From Paraspadella gotoi (lineage: Eukaryota > Animalia > Chaetognatha): DNA of 64,000 nt. A program made the position numbers and the translations under genes. This document shows positions 1 to 12,061 of the stretch, piece by piece. The stretch spans positions 16,424,087 through 16,488,086 of the forward strand of contig CM119266.1 of the NCBI GenBank assembly GCA_051294375.1, given 5' to 3'. Each line of letters opens with the position of its first letter. Within the stretch, counting starts at the first letter, position 1. The notes under the pieces are model-generated. The model had not been told where the DNA came from, did no database searches, and worked only from the letters and a program-made list of their open reading frames with translations.

Positions 1-1035
1 GATTAAGCTGGAAATTAAGTTTCGATGGAAATGAGTTTAAATGGAAAAAAACAAAAAACCTGTTTCACTAATTGATTATGCTTCTTTTTCTTTTTATATT
101 AAATGTAAATGCAAGATGTATTAATTAATCAAATATTTAACTAGTTAATTAATAAATAATTAATCGGTCAATTAATCAAAAACATTTTGGTTCAAATTAA
201 TTAATTAATTAATTAGCGATAATGATCGTGGGCAGATCCGACATTGTTTGCTCAAACTTGTTTACAATATGAAACAGTCTGCAATAAAAGTCTTTTGTCC
301 TTTTACAACCAAATTGACTTATTTTGATTAAATTCATTTTCCTCATGCATGGAAGCATTTTAAAATATATTTTTTAAAAAATTTCGGAAATTTAATTTTT
401 AAAAATGGATTTTGATAGAGATTAAAAAGTTATATAAAGGTTAATATTAAAATTTTAATGTTAAAAGGAATAAAATTTAAAAAATCAATATCATCGGTAT
501 CATAATCATTCAATAAATTTGATAATTTTTGTTAATCTTTATAAACTCATCATTAAAATTTAACAAAGTTCTAATAACTTTCATTTAACTTCTCAGGCTT
601 TATCAGAATCCGATAAAAGTCACTTTTTGGTTGGTTTGTCGGTCGGTATGTCTGTCTGTTGATCTGTCCCACTTAAATTAAAAATGCACATAATTTGCTT
701 ATAGTTGGTTGCTCATTTGTTAAAACAGAAAAGAACCTTAAATCTAAGGGACTGCTAGCACCGCCTGTAGGAAATCCTAAAACTATTCCATGCAGTGCGT
801 GTCATAAATACACAGGCTAAGAAAGTTATTGTAGTCATGTCATGTCACGAGAAATTCATTAAGATATATTCACTGCGGCGCAACACATTGGATGAGCAGA
901 TCTTGGTTAATAAAAAATGAGGTATTAACTTATATAAAAATTAAACTTAGTTATTTAATGTTTTTTTTATTTAAGCCTCCCCAGATGCTAAAACACCGAA
1001 ATAAATTTTGTTTCTGTATTTTTCTTATTTTATAG

Positions 1036-4000
1036 AATGAAAAGCATGAAAAGGAAATCGATGAAGAGAAATTCAACTTAAAGGAAGACGGATGGACGTT
1101 CATTCAAGAAATTTGTATAGAGTTTAATAAGGGCTCGTGCCCGTCGGGAGTTTCATGCAAAAAACGTCACGTGTGTTCAGATTGTCAAGGACCGTACCCC
1201 GTTAACAAATGCGCCCGATGCATAGGAAAAGTTAAGAACAAGTTCGTTTGCAACAATTACCAGACCGAACAATGTCATAAGTTCGACTGCCCATTTCCGC
1301 ACAGGTTCGAGAAAAACATGATTTGTATGTTTTATATTCGTAGCACATAAGTCTTATACATTGTTAGTTAGATTTAAGAAAGGCTGAATTACCCATTATG
1401 GGGTTTAGGCGACCCTGGCGGTCACTCCTGTCAGGTCAAATCGGTCCGAGAGTTGATGTCCGCTCACTTCGCTTCTCCTAGTATTAAGTTAATTAACCCT
1501 CGGATCGACTCCGACGTTGGTGTACGCAGGGGTCGCCTCACTGCTGTGTAATTGTGTAGTGATGAAAATGTATAGATACTATATAAAAATATTATTTTTT
1601 GAAAAATTTTCAAAATGGGAAATACTGTGCGAGAAGCAAAAAAAAAATTTCCAGATATTTGGACATATATTTGTCTTCATCAGTAGCAAAGAAATAACCG
1701 AGAAAAATTGTTTTGATAAATCACAATTCACAATTTGAGTGGTGAAGTAGTGTGTGAGAGAGGAGACCATTATGAGGTCAAATTTAACAGAGAGAAGAAC
1801 CCGGCTATGTAATTCACTTTGTTGGTCCGTCGGTCCGCCGCATAAATCTTGTCGGTAAGTCACTTAGATCATGTCAGAATATCAAATTATGATAAATTAT
1901 GCCAACTACCAACTACCGTGGGTGCTTACCACAACTACCATAACCCCCACAAAAACCAAAACTACCATAACCTGCATTATTACCTAAAATAAAACTACTA
2001 CTACTACATAAAAAAAATATAAATATTGTTAGCGAATTATTGTATTAATTAAAACAAGAAATTGATAGATAAATCCTAACTTATTATCTGATTCGCTGCT
2101 TGCCGCTAAATGCCCGCGTTCAGATCCGGCATTGTTTGCTAAAACTTGTTTCTTCCAATCCCAATATAATAAAAATATTTTTACAGTGCAAGAGCAGAGC
2201 ATGCGCTGTAATGGTTTCCTTAAGAATTTACCACGATGGAAAAAAATGTCGCGGTTTGGAAAAATAATTTTATTATAAAATGTTTTTTGCAAATAAAAAT
2301 TTTAATTTTTAGTATAATTTTTTTAAGATAAGTTTTTCCAATTTATATCTTTGTTAATTGTAATACATTGCTAAATGTAATTATTTTCTCTCTCTCTGTC
2401 TTCTCCAATTTTTTCATCTTTCACATTTCAACCAGTTGTTTCTTCTTACCTCGCCTAACCTTCACCTGTCCTCACATTTAACCACTGTCCTTTCTCAATT
2501 CTTTGTTGGTGAAGAGACAGTAATTATTGTAATGAGTTAGTGACGGAACCGTTCAATATAAGCAGTCCCTGAGCTTCGGATCAGGCTGTAACACCGTGTT
2601 ACAGGCGGGTTAAGCACCCTGTCCCTCTTAACTGCCAGACGACCACCGGGCTAGAACTCCGGACCTTTGGGTTGGGAGGCAAATGACTTGCTTCCGGCAC
2701 CAATGGCCGCTGATGAATGGTTGGTGGATTTTAATCCACCATATTGGAAACTTTTTCTCTTTTTCCCTCTCTCTTTCCAAAACTAATGTTAAAGAAAAAA
2801 AATAAGTTGATTATAAACGCTGATAAGACTTTTAAACCAGAGTCAAAACATGTATGACTAAACTATCAATACATTCGTTGTTGCACCATTAAAACTGTTT
2901 TTCCTAAAGATAAAAAATACATATTTATTCTTAACAGTATAAAATTATTAATGCATACAGATACTCTCAATATAGGTTCTTTAATTTTTTTTTAGATTAA
3001 GTAAACAATTTGTATTATTATTAATATTCTTTTTAATATGATATATTTTACTAGATTTAAAGAGATACAGCTGAGGTTGTCCTTTTTAATAATACCCATT
3101 TTATTAAAAAAATATTTAAAAGAAAATTAAATTATAAATTAAATTAAAAAATATTAAAACAATTTTTGAATAATTTTTGTATTTTTTATCGTACATAAAT
3201 GAAATACAGCTCATATGAATCATAAGAAGCTATAATTAAAATTTTAATTTTATTTTTTAATTTTTATATTAAAATGTTAAAAAATGGTTAACAAGTTGCC
3301 GCGACAATATTTTTTCCATCATGGTAGATGTTCTAGTTTGTTAGAAATACCGTCTTGGCGTTGTCGCGGTAACTTTAAAACTAAAAATTCAACCTCGGCG
3401 GGGGGTTATAGTTTAGGGAGAGGCTCTGAGAAAGACGGAAGGCCCAGGCTAAGGTTTGGGTTGACCGTTGAAGGAGAGGCTCAGCGAGAGATGGCAGGCC
3501 GGATTAGGATTACGGTTGAGGGAGAGGCTCGCTGGAGATATCACAAGCCGGTTATGGTGCGGGTAGGGGCCCGTGTTTAGGGTTAGATAGGAGGCTGTCG
3601 CGAGACATCTTATTTTTTCGAGTCAGTCCTTATTTTAAGCAAAATTGGAAATTTAAGTAAAACAGTATTTTAATCAATGATATATTATGATGATCTATTA
3701 TCTGATTTAAATATTTAAAGTATGATTTATTTTGTGTTGTTCGTTTTACATTCATTATATTTATGGAAAGTATAAAGCAGATGTAACTTTTTTGAAAAAT
3801 TAGGTGCTCCGGATGTATGGGACCTTCTCCACGGTGTAAATGCTCCTGTTTCTGTTCCCCGGTTGGATTTCATCCCCCACGGACTGAGGGGACACAACCC
3901 TTGCACCCGTTGCCTAGAGCTTCCAACGTGGTTGGCTCTCAATCTATTTTGGGTCCTTTTCCGGGAACACCGGGAATTCTGGGCCCCGCCCCAGGTTTTC

Positions 4001-5476
4001 TTCACTCTTCTGGCGGCCCCAGCCATATGGTTCCGCCCTCCTCTAGCAGCCGCACTCCGATTATGTCCGGTTCGCTTGGACCGGGGACATCCACGCAAGG
4101 CCAGAATACTTTTGAAGCTAACGGCGAAAAACCAGAGGTCTCAGAAGTTACTAATGGTGACAACGGTGCAGAATGTGAAGAGAAGCAAAACGACAACTTA
4201 GAAGAAGCCGAACCCGAAAATATGCAGCTAACAGATGCTTCGGTACTATTTTTCTTTTCGTCACAAAGAATTGTGACGAAGTTTTTAATTCGCTTCTATA
4301 TGTTGTGATTGTATTTTTTATCTCCCTAAAATTAATCATTGGGGACGTACCCCGTCTCCCCCTAATTTTTTCTTTTTACCTGCCTTTTAGGTTGATCCCG
4401 GAAACTCCTTGGGTTTTGTGAACGATGGCTCCTTTGCAGAAATCGCTGCGGCTACGATTGAGCAGCAAAAGGTACTGGTGTGAGGTTGCTTGAATCGAGT
4501 AAACCAACAGCTATTTGCTTTAGTTTGAGCCAAGAGTAAAAAGGATATCCCTCTGAGATTAATGTAGATAAAAATAAAAATTTCACACCTGGTCTCAAAA
4601 TTGCTAGTATTAGGCTATTTACTTTATTATTTTCTTTATTACTACAAGGTGACACACGACAACCCGACGCCAGAAAAAAATCGTCATTTGCATACTTATA
4701 TATTATATAAGTATGCAAATGACGATTTTTAATATATAAATTAAAAAAATCTTCACAGGTTTGCAAATAACGATTTTTTTAGCGGCGGGTTGTCGTGTGT
4801 CACCTTATAATATCTCCCGATCTTCATTAAATTAACATTTTTTTTTATCAGAGAGAAGTAACGAAGCAAGGCGCACAATCTTCGATAGGCTCAGGGGTAA
4901 GATTTTTATTTAGGTTATTAACTACTAGTTGATATTAATTTAAATACTAGTTTGATATAGAGGATTTGGTTTAAAATATTTTGTTTATAATTATGAGCAA
5001 TGTTAAGCAACGACGCAGAGTATTTCACCAACTGGCTTTAAATGCTTTTTTTCCCTTAATTGACCACCTCGAAACAATGGCGACTCCGTCATGCTTTGGC
5101 AAGGTAGCTGGGGAGATCTGCGAACTTACGTGATCGATTGGGACGGTGCATTATCCCACAGGAAAAAGCAATTTATTGAGATGTTCCTTGTGGAATCACC
5201 CCAAAAGCCCATTTTGCTACAAAATGCTCTCGAACAACCGTTTCCACTGAAATAATTGAGTTAAAGACCGATGATTGTTTAAAATTTAAGGTTAACAAAC
5301 GAGTTGGGGGTAAATCTCTCAAGACTGGCGTGGTGATGAAAACCAAAAAGCCTGAAGATAAGGTCAAAGACGGAGGCAACGATGATGCTTGGAGCAAGTA
5401 CATGGAAGAAGTAAAAAAAATGTCTGGAAACGTATGTGAACGAGGTCTTGGAGGAAATAATTCTGTTGCAAAATAA
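1036..5476 (+). CDS. TRIR: CCCH zinc-finger protein with a TRIR/C19orf43-like C-terminus (5' part not identified); exons 1036-1304, 3804-4242, 4391-4471, 4852-4896, 5291-5476
   Basis: GT-AG exons join in frame. Two C-x7-C-x4/5-C-x3-H + CxxC modules (EICIEFNKGSCPSGVSCKKRHVCSDC; FVCNNYQTEQCHKFDCPFPHRCSGC, the second spanning the first intron). Then FVNDGSF and KRVGGKSLKTGVV...DAWSKYMEEVKK, resembling TRIR motifs. Confidence 0.75.
2510..2743 (-). mobile_element. Solo LTR, family A
   Basis: TSD TTGG. The empty site of the host repeat is seen near 43135-43146 (ctttgttggaaact). Confidence 0.92.
4646..4806. mobile_element. Palindromic MITE (PIF/Harbinger-like)
   Basis: AAGGTGACACACGACAACCCG TIR plus internal inverted blocks. 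Confidence 0.7.
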
Positions 5477-7153
5477 TCTTCTTAGATTTGAATGAATTAT
5501 AAAAATTATAAGTATAAACGAACTAGACTGATCATTTTCAATTTTTAAGTAAAAAAATGGTCTATTACTTACTTGTAAGTAAAATATAGTGCATCATGAA
5601 GTTTTTACTGGTATCTGAAGAGCCTCAGAGCCCTAAAATCCAGCTTTTCTTTTGGTTATTCACGTGTAAATTTAAACAAAGTTTTCTTGATCATTTTTTT
5701 TTGATCGAGATAATTCGTTAACTTTTACTATATGTATGTGTCACGAACTCCATCATTCTCACAACTTATTCGTTAATTTCTCATGCATATTTTTGCTCGT
5801 TACCACCAAAATTGAATCCTCTATTTTTCGTTATTCGTATTAATTTTCATTTTATTAAATTAGATGGTACTGTGGCTGTTTTATGACTGTACAGAAGGCT
5901 TCATATTATATAGTTATATATAGTTAACACCTGAGAGGAGAAACAGGGCCCTGGGACTGGATCTCCGGGGGGGGTCAAAAAATTATTTGAGTAGTATCAG
6001 GTGCTTAAACATATAAAAAACTATAAAAGAACTAAAATTGTTAAATTTTCGCTATTTAAGCATTGATTGAATATATATTTTATCGTTTTACTTCCAATTT
6101 TCCCGAATTATTAACAATTTGACTTGAGCCTATGATATTCATAAACCAGAAAAACTAATATTTTTGAGGTAATAAATACGTTTTTGTGTAAGATTAAACA
6201 TCTTAAAAGTTTTTTAAAAATTTTGATCATTTTTTGCCTCTATGGGTGACCCTCCGGGGGACCCATATCTCGGCTCGGGGGTCAAATATTGAATTATTCA
6301 TCAATACAATAGTTTTATTTGTATTCACATAGGGATCGTTCATACTAAATTTCAATTTCAGATTCTGGCCACACAAAACCACGACCTGTTTATAATATGA
6401 AGCCTTCTGTAAATATTATTGTACTCAATTGTACAAAATGTAAAAAGTGGCCGAGTTCAACATTCTGTTTGATAAGATTTGAGAATGTCAACATGAATAA
6501 TATTTTTTTCGTGAATTGTAATGTATTAGAAAACAAGTTTAAGCAAACAATGTCGGATCTGTTTACGATAATTAAGCGGTAATTAGCTAATCAGATGATA
6601 AATCAAGATAATTCTTTTAATTTGTGATCCTAATTAATCCAAAAAACCAACTTGCAACAGATTAAACTGAACGGTTACTGTAGTAGAAATAATTAAAAAT
6701 AAAGTACAAATATTTTTTTACTATTAATTTTTTTCGACTTGCAAATTCAAGTCAACTTGACTTTAGTTTTTTCCATGCAAACTCATTTCCACTCCTCAAT
6801 TCCATCGAAACTTTATATCCTGCTCAATCATACACTTTACTACCCACACACAAAATTTCATCTAAATCTATCCATACAATTATGATTAATTTGAGTAATT
6901 ATGGGTTAAAAATTAGTAAAAAGATGTAAGTAAATGTGACTTATGTTTTTTTCCATCATTTTTTTTGCATTATTTATCATAATTCGATGTTCTGACATAA
7001 TTTAAGTGAATGCCCGACAAGATTGAGGGGGCGGACTGACAAAGTAAATTATAGAGTTGGAATCTGCTGATAAGCAGATCCGACTTAAAATTATTTTACC
7101 TTGTATTTACTTTTATAGTAATTTTTTCTGGCTACATAACACTTTTTTTTTCC

Positions 7154-7421
7154 TGTGGTGGAATATTCACACCTCCTCGCGTCCATACTCCATAATCGTT
7201 CAGCCAATCCCATTGGCTCAGATGAGGAACGCCCAATCCCAGGCGTTGTGTTCCATCCAGTCCTAACGACTTCCCACTGCGTTGGCAAAGCGAGACCGTC
7301 CTAGGGTAACTATGACAGTGAAAGGAGGCGTCACTGAGGGTCGGAACTTCGAAAGCCTCCAAAGCCAATAGTGAGATGCCCCATCCCAATGGGCATCACA
7401 GGCAACCCAGCTGTTGCCATA
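7154..7421 (+). mobile_element. Solo LTR, family B (decayed twister)
   Basis: TSD TTCC, homologous to 7681-7935. Confidence 0.88.
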
Positions 7422-7680
7422 TTCCTGGTTTTGATGGCACAATTAAAATCGTCTTCAAAAGTTCAAAGGAAAATTTAAATAATTGTTGTGATTTTTAAAA
7501 TTTAAATGTTATATTTACACTATTGTGGAAGACACTTAAAACATATTTAAATTTAAGGTTAAAATAACAGTCAGCTCCTTGCATTTTTCTGCTAGTGCGG
7601 AATACTTTATATAGTATTCCCCGTTCTACTAGTAATACTTAAGAGTCTTCCTTTTATGAACTGTATCATTAATGGGAAGG

Positions 7681-7935
7681 TGTGGCGGTATATTCACACT
7701 GCCACACGTCCAACATTGTTCAGCCAAATCCATTGGCTCAGAGGGGGAACACACCATCCCAGGCGTAGTGTTCCATCCACAGTCCTCACGACTTCCCTCT
7801 GCGTTGGCAAAGCGAGACCGTCCTAGGGTAACCGCGCCAGTGACTGGATGCGTCACTGAGGGTCGGAAGCCCCCAAAGCCAACAGTGAGATGCCCCATCC
7901 CAATGGGCATCACAGGCAACCCGGCTGTTGCCATA
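7681..7935 (+). mobile_element. Solo LTR, family B (tRNA-like head + twister-like fold)
   Basis: TGTGG...CCATA ends, TSD AAGG, 5' hairpin, A-box-like TGGCTCAGAGG. Confidence 0.88.
7803..7883 (+). ncRNA. Twister ribozyme, type P5 (family B); predicted cleavage between 7829 and 7830
   Basis: gttggc-aaa-GCGA-GA-CC-G-tcctaggg-TAA-CCGC-GC-[CAGTGAC/GTCACTG]-aGGG-TCGGAAGC-CCC-caaa-gccaac. Confidence 0.8.
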
Positions 7936-8477
7936 AAGGTCAGTTACTCTCTGGGAGTCTTAATTGAAAACTTACACGGTCCGGCTATGTTATTATCTTG
8001 TAAGATGGATGGAAGCTTCAACCCACCATGTCCAAAGTCAGAGGCATGCTAGCTTATTTATTGAATGAGTGGATAATTTCATATTGGTTGTACCGATCCC
8101 AATAAACCCAAAAAATTGTATTAATTTTGTTAAAGAATTCATTATTGAAACAGATGTTTTTCAGTCGCTTTAGTTTTGCTTGTAAAAATTTTTTAAGACA
8201 ATGTAAAACTAGAGTATATTTTGAATAACTAAAGGATCTATTCATTATTCGAGTTTTTATACTGATAGTTACTAAAAAAAATTCGTATGTGAGTCGAAAC
8301 ATGTCCGTTTCACTATGAAATAAAAATCGTTGTTAAATCTCTCTTCAAATCTTTGTTCTATATTAATTTCATACAAAAGTAGATTTGTGTATTTTTACCT
8401 AGTTTTCATTATTTTTGTTTTATGTACGTATATTTCACCGATCGAGTTATAAATTCTAAATTGTGGTCCCTACTCCG

Positions 8478-9642
8478 TAGGGCGTTTAAAAATAACAAAA
8501 TATGACAAATCGAATAAGGTAAATGGCTATATTAGTTTAAACAAGTCTGTAGAATTTGATGGTAATGACCATTTTTTTGTATTATTTTATCTTTCTTGTC
8601 GAAAATGACGATTTTTAATGTATATAAAATTGTCTTAAAAAAGAAAAACAATTATAATTTATGATAAATCAAATTATTAATATTTTATAAAATTTACTTG
8701 AGCTTTTGAAATATAAAAATAAAGACTTAAAAAATATTATGGTGTAGCAGTAGTATTTCATACCCTGCTACTCGTCCGAGAATCAGCAGCACCTATGGCG
8801 CCGGAGGTAGCACAAGCTTCTCCCAACCCAAAGGACTCGGGTTCGCGCCCTGCTGATTCACACAAGTTTAACCCACCTGTAGTGACGGACTACAACCCGA
8901 TCTGAAGCTCGGGACCTTGTGTGCAACGGATGGTGAACTGCTCGCGGCATCGTCTTCCACAATGGTAAGTTTATTCTTAAATTTTATATTTTATAAAAAG
9001 TTAGTTAATTATATTTATTAATAATTATGAGTGAAAATTAGGTTAAAGTTAAAAAATACTAATTTCAAAATTTTATTCATGGATTTGTATTCCTTGTAAA
9101 AAGTTGATATAAGAAGATATAATTTTTATTCCAAAATTATGTCATTAAGTTGGTCAAAATTTAAAAAAAATATAATTTTAAGCCAAAAATTAAAAAATTT
9201 AAAAAAAAAATTTTTTTTACATTTTTAACCAACTTTTTGTAAGAAATTCAAATCCGGTTTTAAAATTTTAAAATTTTCATTTTTTCATTTTACCTTATTT
9301 TTTATTATTATTTATTAATAAATAAATATAGCTAAAAAACAGTTAATAAAATATAAAATTTGTAAATAAACTTACTAAAATATTTATATGGGTCTTTATT
9401 TTCATATTATGTAAGCTAAATATAGTTTTTATAAAATTTTAATAATTTGAGTTTCTTATACTCTATAACGTTTGTTGCATTTGAATAGTACCTTATGTGC
9501 TACAAAAATCGCTATTTTCGACAAAGAAGATAAAACTATACAAAAAAATGATTATCCACATCGAATTCTACAGACTTGATTACATTAAAATAGCTATGTA
9601 CCTTATTCGATTTGTTATATTTTGTTATTTTTAAATGCCCTA
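8478..9642. mobile_element. Non-autonomous hAT-like element with long TIRs (hosts the LTR at 8743)
   Basis: TAGGGC...GCCCTA ends, TIR longer than 100 bp, flanks CTACTCCG/CTACTCGG. Confidence 0.8.
8743..8961 (+). mobile_element. Solo LTR, divergent relative of family A
   Basis: TG...CA ends, TSD ATGG, 5' hairpin GTAGCAG/CTGCTAC, tRNA-like boxes, and compensated hairpins TGTAGT/ACTACA and CCCGA-TCTGAAGC-TCGGG. Confidence 0.85.
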
Positions 9643-9764
9643 CTACTCGGTAGTGAAAAATTAAATTTGTTGATATCATCCTTTATTGTTGTTGTTTTTT
9701 TTATCAGAATGCAAACCAGTAGAATATTTTGTTTTTTTCTGTAGTTAAATATTTGTAAATCAAG

Positions 9765-10769
9765 ATGCAGCGTTTGGCGTATTCATTTATCGTTCAAGCC
9801 GCTTCTTCAGAAAACAACTCATCCGACGTTGGATTGAGCGAAAATTGCTCGATATTGCAATCCGCTTCTCAAGAAACTGAAGATTCGAATAATTTCAAGG
9901 CTCTAAAAATGCGTTGGGCAGTTGAGAAAACTAACATGTTGGAGACCTGTGAATTTTTATTAGAAAAGATTCGACGTATTTGTCGTATTAACTTAAGTAA
10001 CGATGAAGAACCAATATCTTCAACGTCGGATGTTCCACCATCTACCCTAGACCTTGAAACCACCAATTCAAAGCCCTGTCTGCAGACTCTTAGTCCCGAG
10101 CTTCACGATCTCATTCTCGCAGAGGCCTTTCGACGTCTTGAAGAACGGACTCCTCAACAACGATACAAGGATGTATTTCGACGTAATGATCTTACAGGCG
10201 AACTCAGCCCCGAAGCCCGCATCTACATCAGCTTCGTTAAACAAGCATTTATATCGACTTTTATTTTGGGCGGCTTCTTGGAGCGCAATCCAGCCCGGGA
10301 AAAATTTCTCAAACGTAATCTGGCAACTAAATTTGCATCCCCAATGTCAGCTAATCGGAGACGCCTCGACTACCTCATGATTCAAATTTTTTTCGGTGGG
10401 GTTAAATTCGCTTTTCCAATAACTACATTTTTGGCGATTTATTTAGGTTTGGCTGGTATTTTGGGTGTTGTTGAGGGTGAGGAACGTATTTGGCACCATA
10501 GTGCTGGGGCGGCACTGGCGGGATTTAACAACCGACTTATACTGGGGCCCCGTGCTCAGCTAGTTGGAGCAATTTTGGGTGGAGCGTTTGGTTTGGTTGG
10601 GGGTACTGCTGCGCTTATCTTCAGAGATTACCTAGGCGTAATTTCTTTGAAGAAATACCGTTACTACCGATATCTTCAGGACGTTATGATTGAGATGTAC
10701 AAAACTCAGCGATTGCCAATGCCGCCTACCGAATACGAAATTTTTTATTCGATGCCTCCCATATATTAA
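9765..10769 (+). CDS. TIMMDC1: Tim17/22/23-family membrane protein, TIMMDC1 (complex I assembly factor)-like, single exon
   Basis: 334-aa ORF with Gly-rich TM segments (AGAALAG...LGPRAQLVGAILGGAFG) and RYKDVFRRNDLTGELSPE and FLKRNLATKFASPMSANRR segments like the TIMMDC1/140up family. Confidence 0.7.
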   Translation: MQRLAYSFIVQAASSENNSSDVGLSENCSILQSASQETEDSNNFKALKMRWAVEKTNMLETCEFLLEKIRRICRINLSNDEEPISSTSDVPPSTLDLETTNSKPCLQTLSPELHDLILAEAFRRLEERTPQQRYKDVFRRNDLTGELSPEARIYISFVKQAFISTFILGGFLERNPAREKFLKRNLATKFASPMSANRRRLDYLMIQIFFGGVKFAFPITTFLAIYLGLAGILGVVEGEERIWHHSAGAALAGFNNRLILGPRAQLVGAILGGAFGLVGGTAALIFRDYLGVISLKKYRYYRYLQDVMIEMYKTQRLPMPPTEYEIFYSMPPIY

Positions 10770-11177
10770 TACCAAATTCAGAATTCTGTCATTGTATTTA
10801 AAACGATTTACGTGCCTAGGATGTTTTTCTTTCAGCTGTCCAATTAGGGTCAATAAAAGTTCTAACTAGCATTGCCATTGGATGGAACAAAGCTGGAGAA
10901 CGATTACCAACTAAATTCAACAATTGCAAATAAGGATTTGAAACAAGTCAAAGGTACGATCTTCTTCAAAAAGTGGTATCAAAGAAGTTTTAAAATGAAA
11001 AAAATTGTTTAATTAAATTAATTTTTTACTCGCTCCTAATTTTTCATCTTTTTACTTTAAGCCTTAACAACCCTAAACACAGTCGGCTAATATTTTTGGA
11101 GCTGTTTCTCTTCGTGGGAGAAGAAGAATTAATTAACATAACAGCTTCAGGTCCGATTTATAAATTTAAGGTTTAAA

Positions 11178-11410
11178 TGTGGTTCTCTTTAACGAATTAC
11201 CGCCTCACCTCCGACTTCACTCAGGCAATCCCTAAGACTCAGCAGGGAAACGCACGGTCAAATTGCATACCGAGTCCTCACGTCTTCCAGCTGCGTTGGG
11301 AATGCGAGACTGTATAACCACCCGGAGTCACTCGGGGGTCCGACGCCCCCAGCGCCAACAGGTGTGATGAGCAACTCCGCTTGGCATAACAGGCAACCTG
11401 GTACTTAACA
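11178..11410 (+). mobile_element. Old divergent family B-related solo LTR
   Basis: TG...CA ends, TAAA/TAAC flanks, shared blocks gtcctcacg, ctgcgttgg..gcgagac and acaggcaacc. Confidence 0.6.
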
Positions 11411-12061
11411 TAACCTTGATTAACCTTGTCGAATCGGAAGCGAATCTCGCCCGAATTCTATTGTAAATTCTACTTTACTATAATAATAATCGGACACGCT
11501 TCAGTTATATATTTTTGAATATCTTAAGACTTAATCTCCTTAATCTTTCTTCTAGGTGTTCACTTTTCAATTAACAATGCAAGATGTTCATACCTGAGTG
11601 GCAAGTGTATTCAAAGCTGGATCAAGGGATTAAATTAAAGCTCAAGACAGAGGGCTTGAAAATTAAAAGCAGAACGGGATAAATGTTGTGATTGCCATTG
11701 AGGGCGAATATAACCGACTTTATCATTCCTGATATCCGTTTTACTTACGCTTATGAGAGATTTTGTACTTGCATTCGATTTTCATTCATCTTACTTTATA
11801 AATAAAACATTCTATTAGGACTTTCTTTTTTTTTATTTTTAAAATTCGATCTCAGTCATTAGAATTTAGATTGATTCTAGAAAACGTGAAATAACTTGGT
11901 TGAAAATACCCGAACCAAAATCCCTGCCCTAAATTTTAGGGCAGGGATTTTGGTTCGGGTATTTTCAACAATGAAATTGGAACGTTACTAACTATTATTT
12001 CTTTTTTTCCCACCGATAAATATGAAACACCCTTTATTTAAAAAAAAACGGTTGGCTATAG

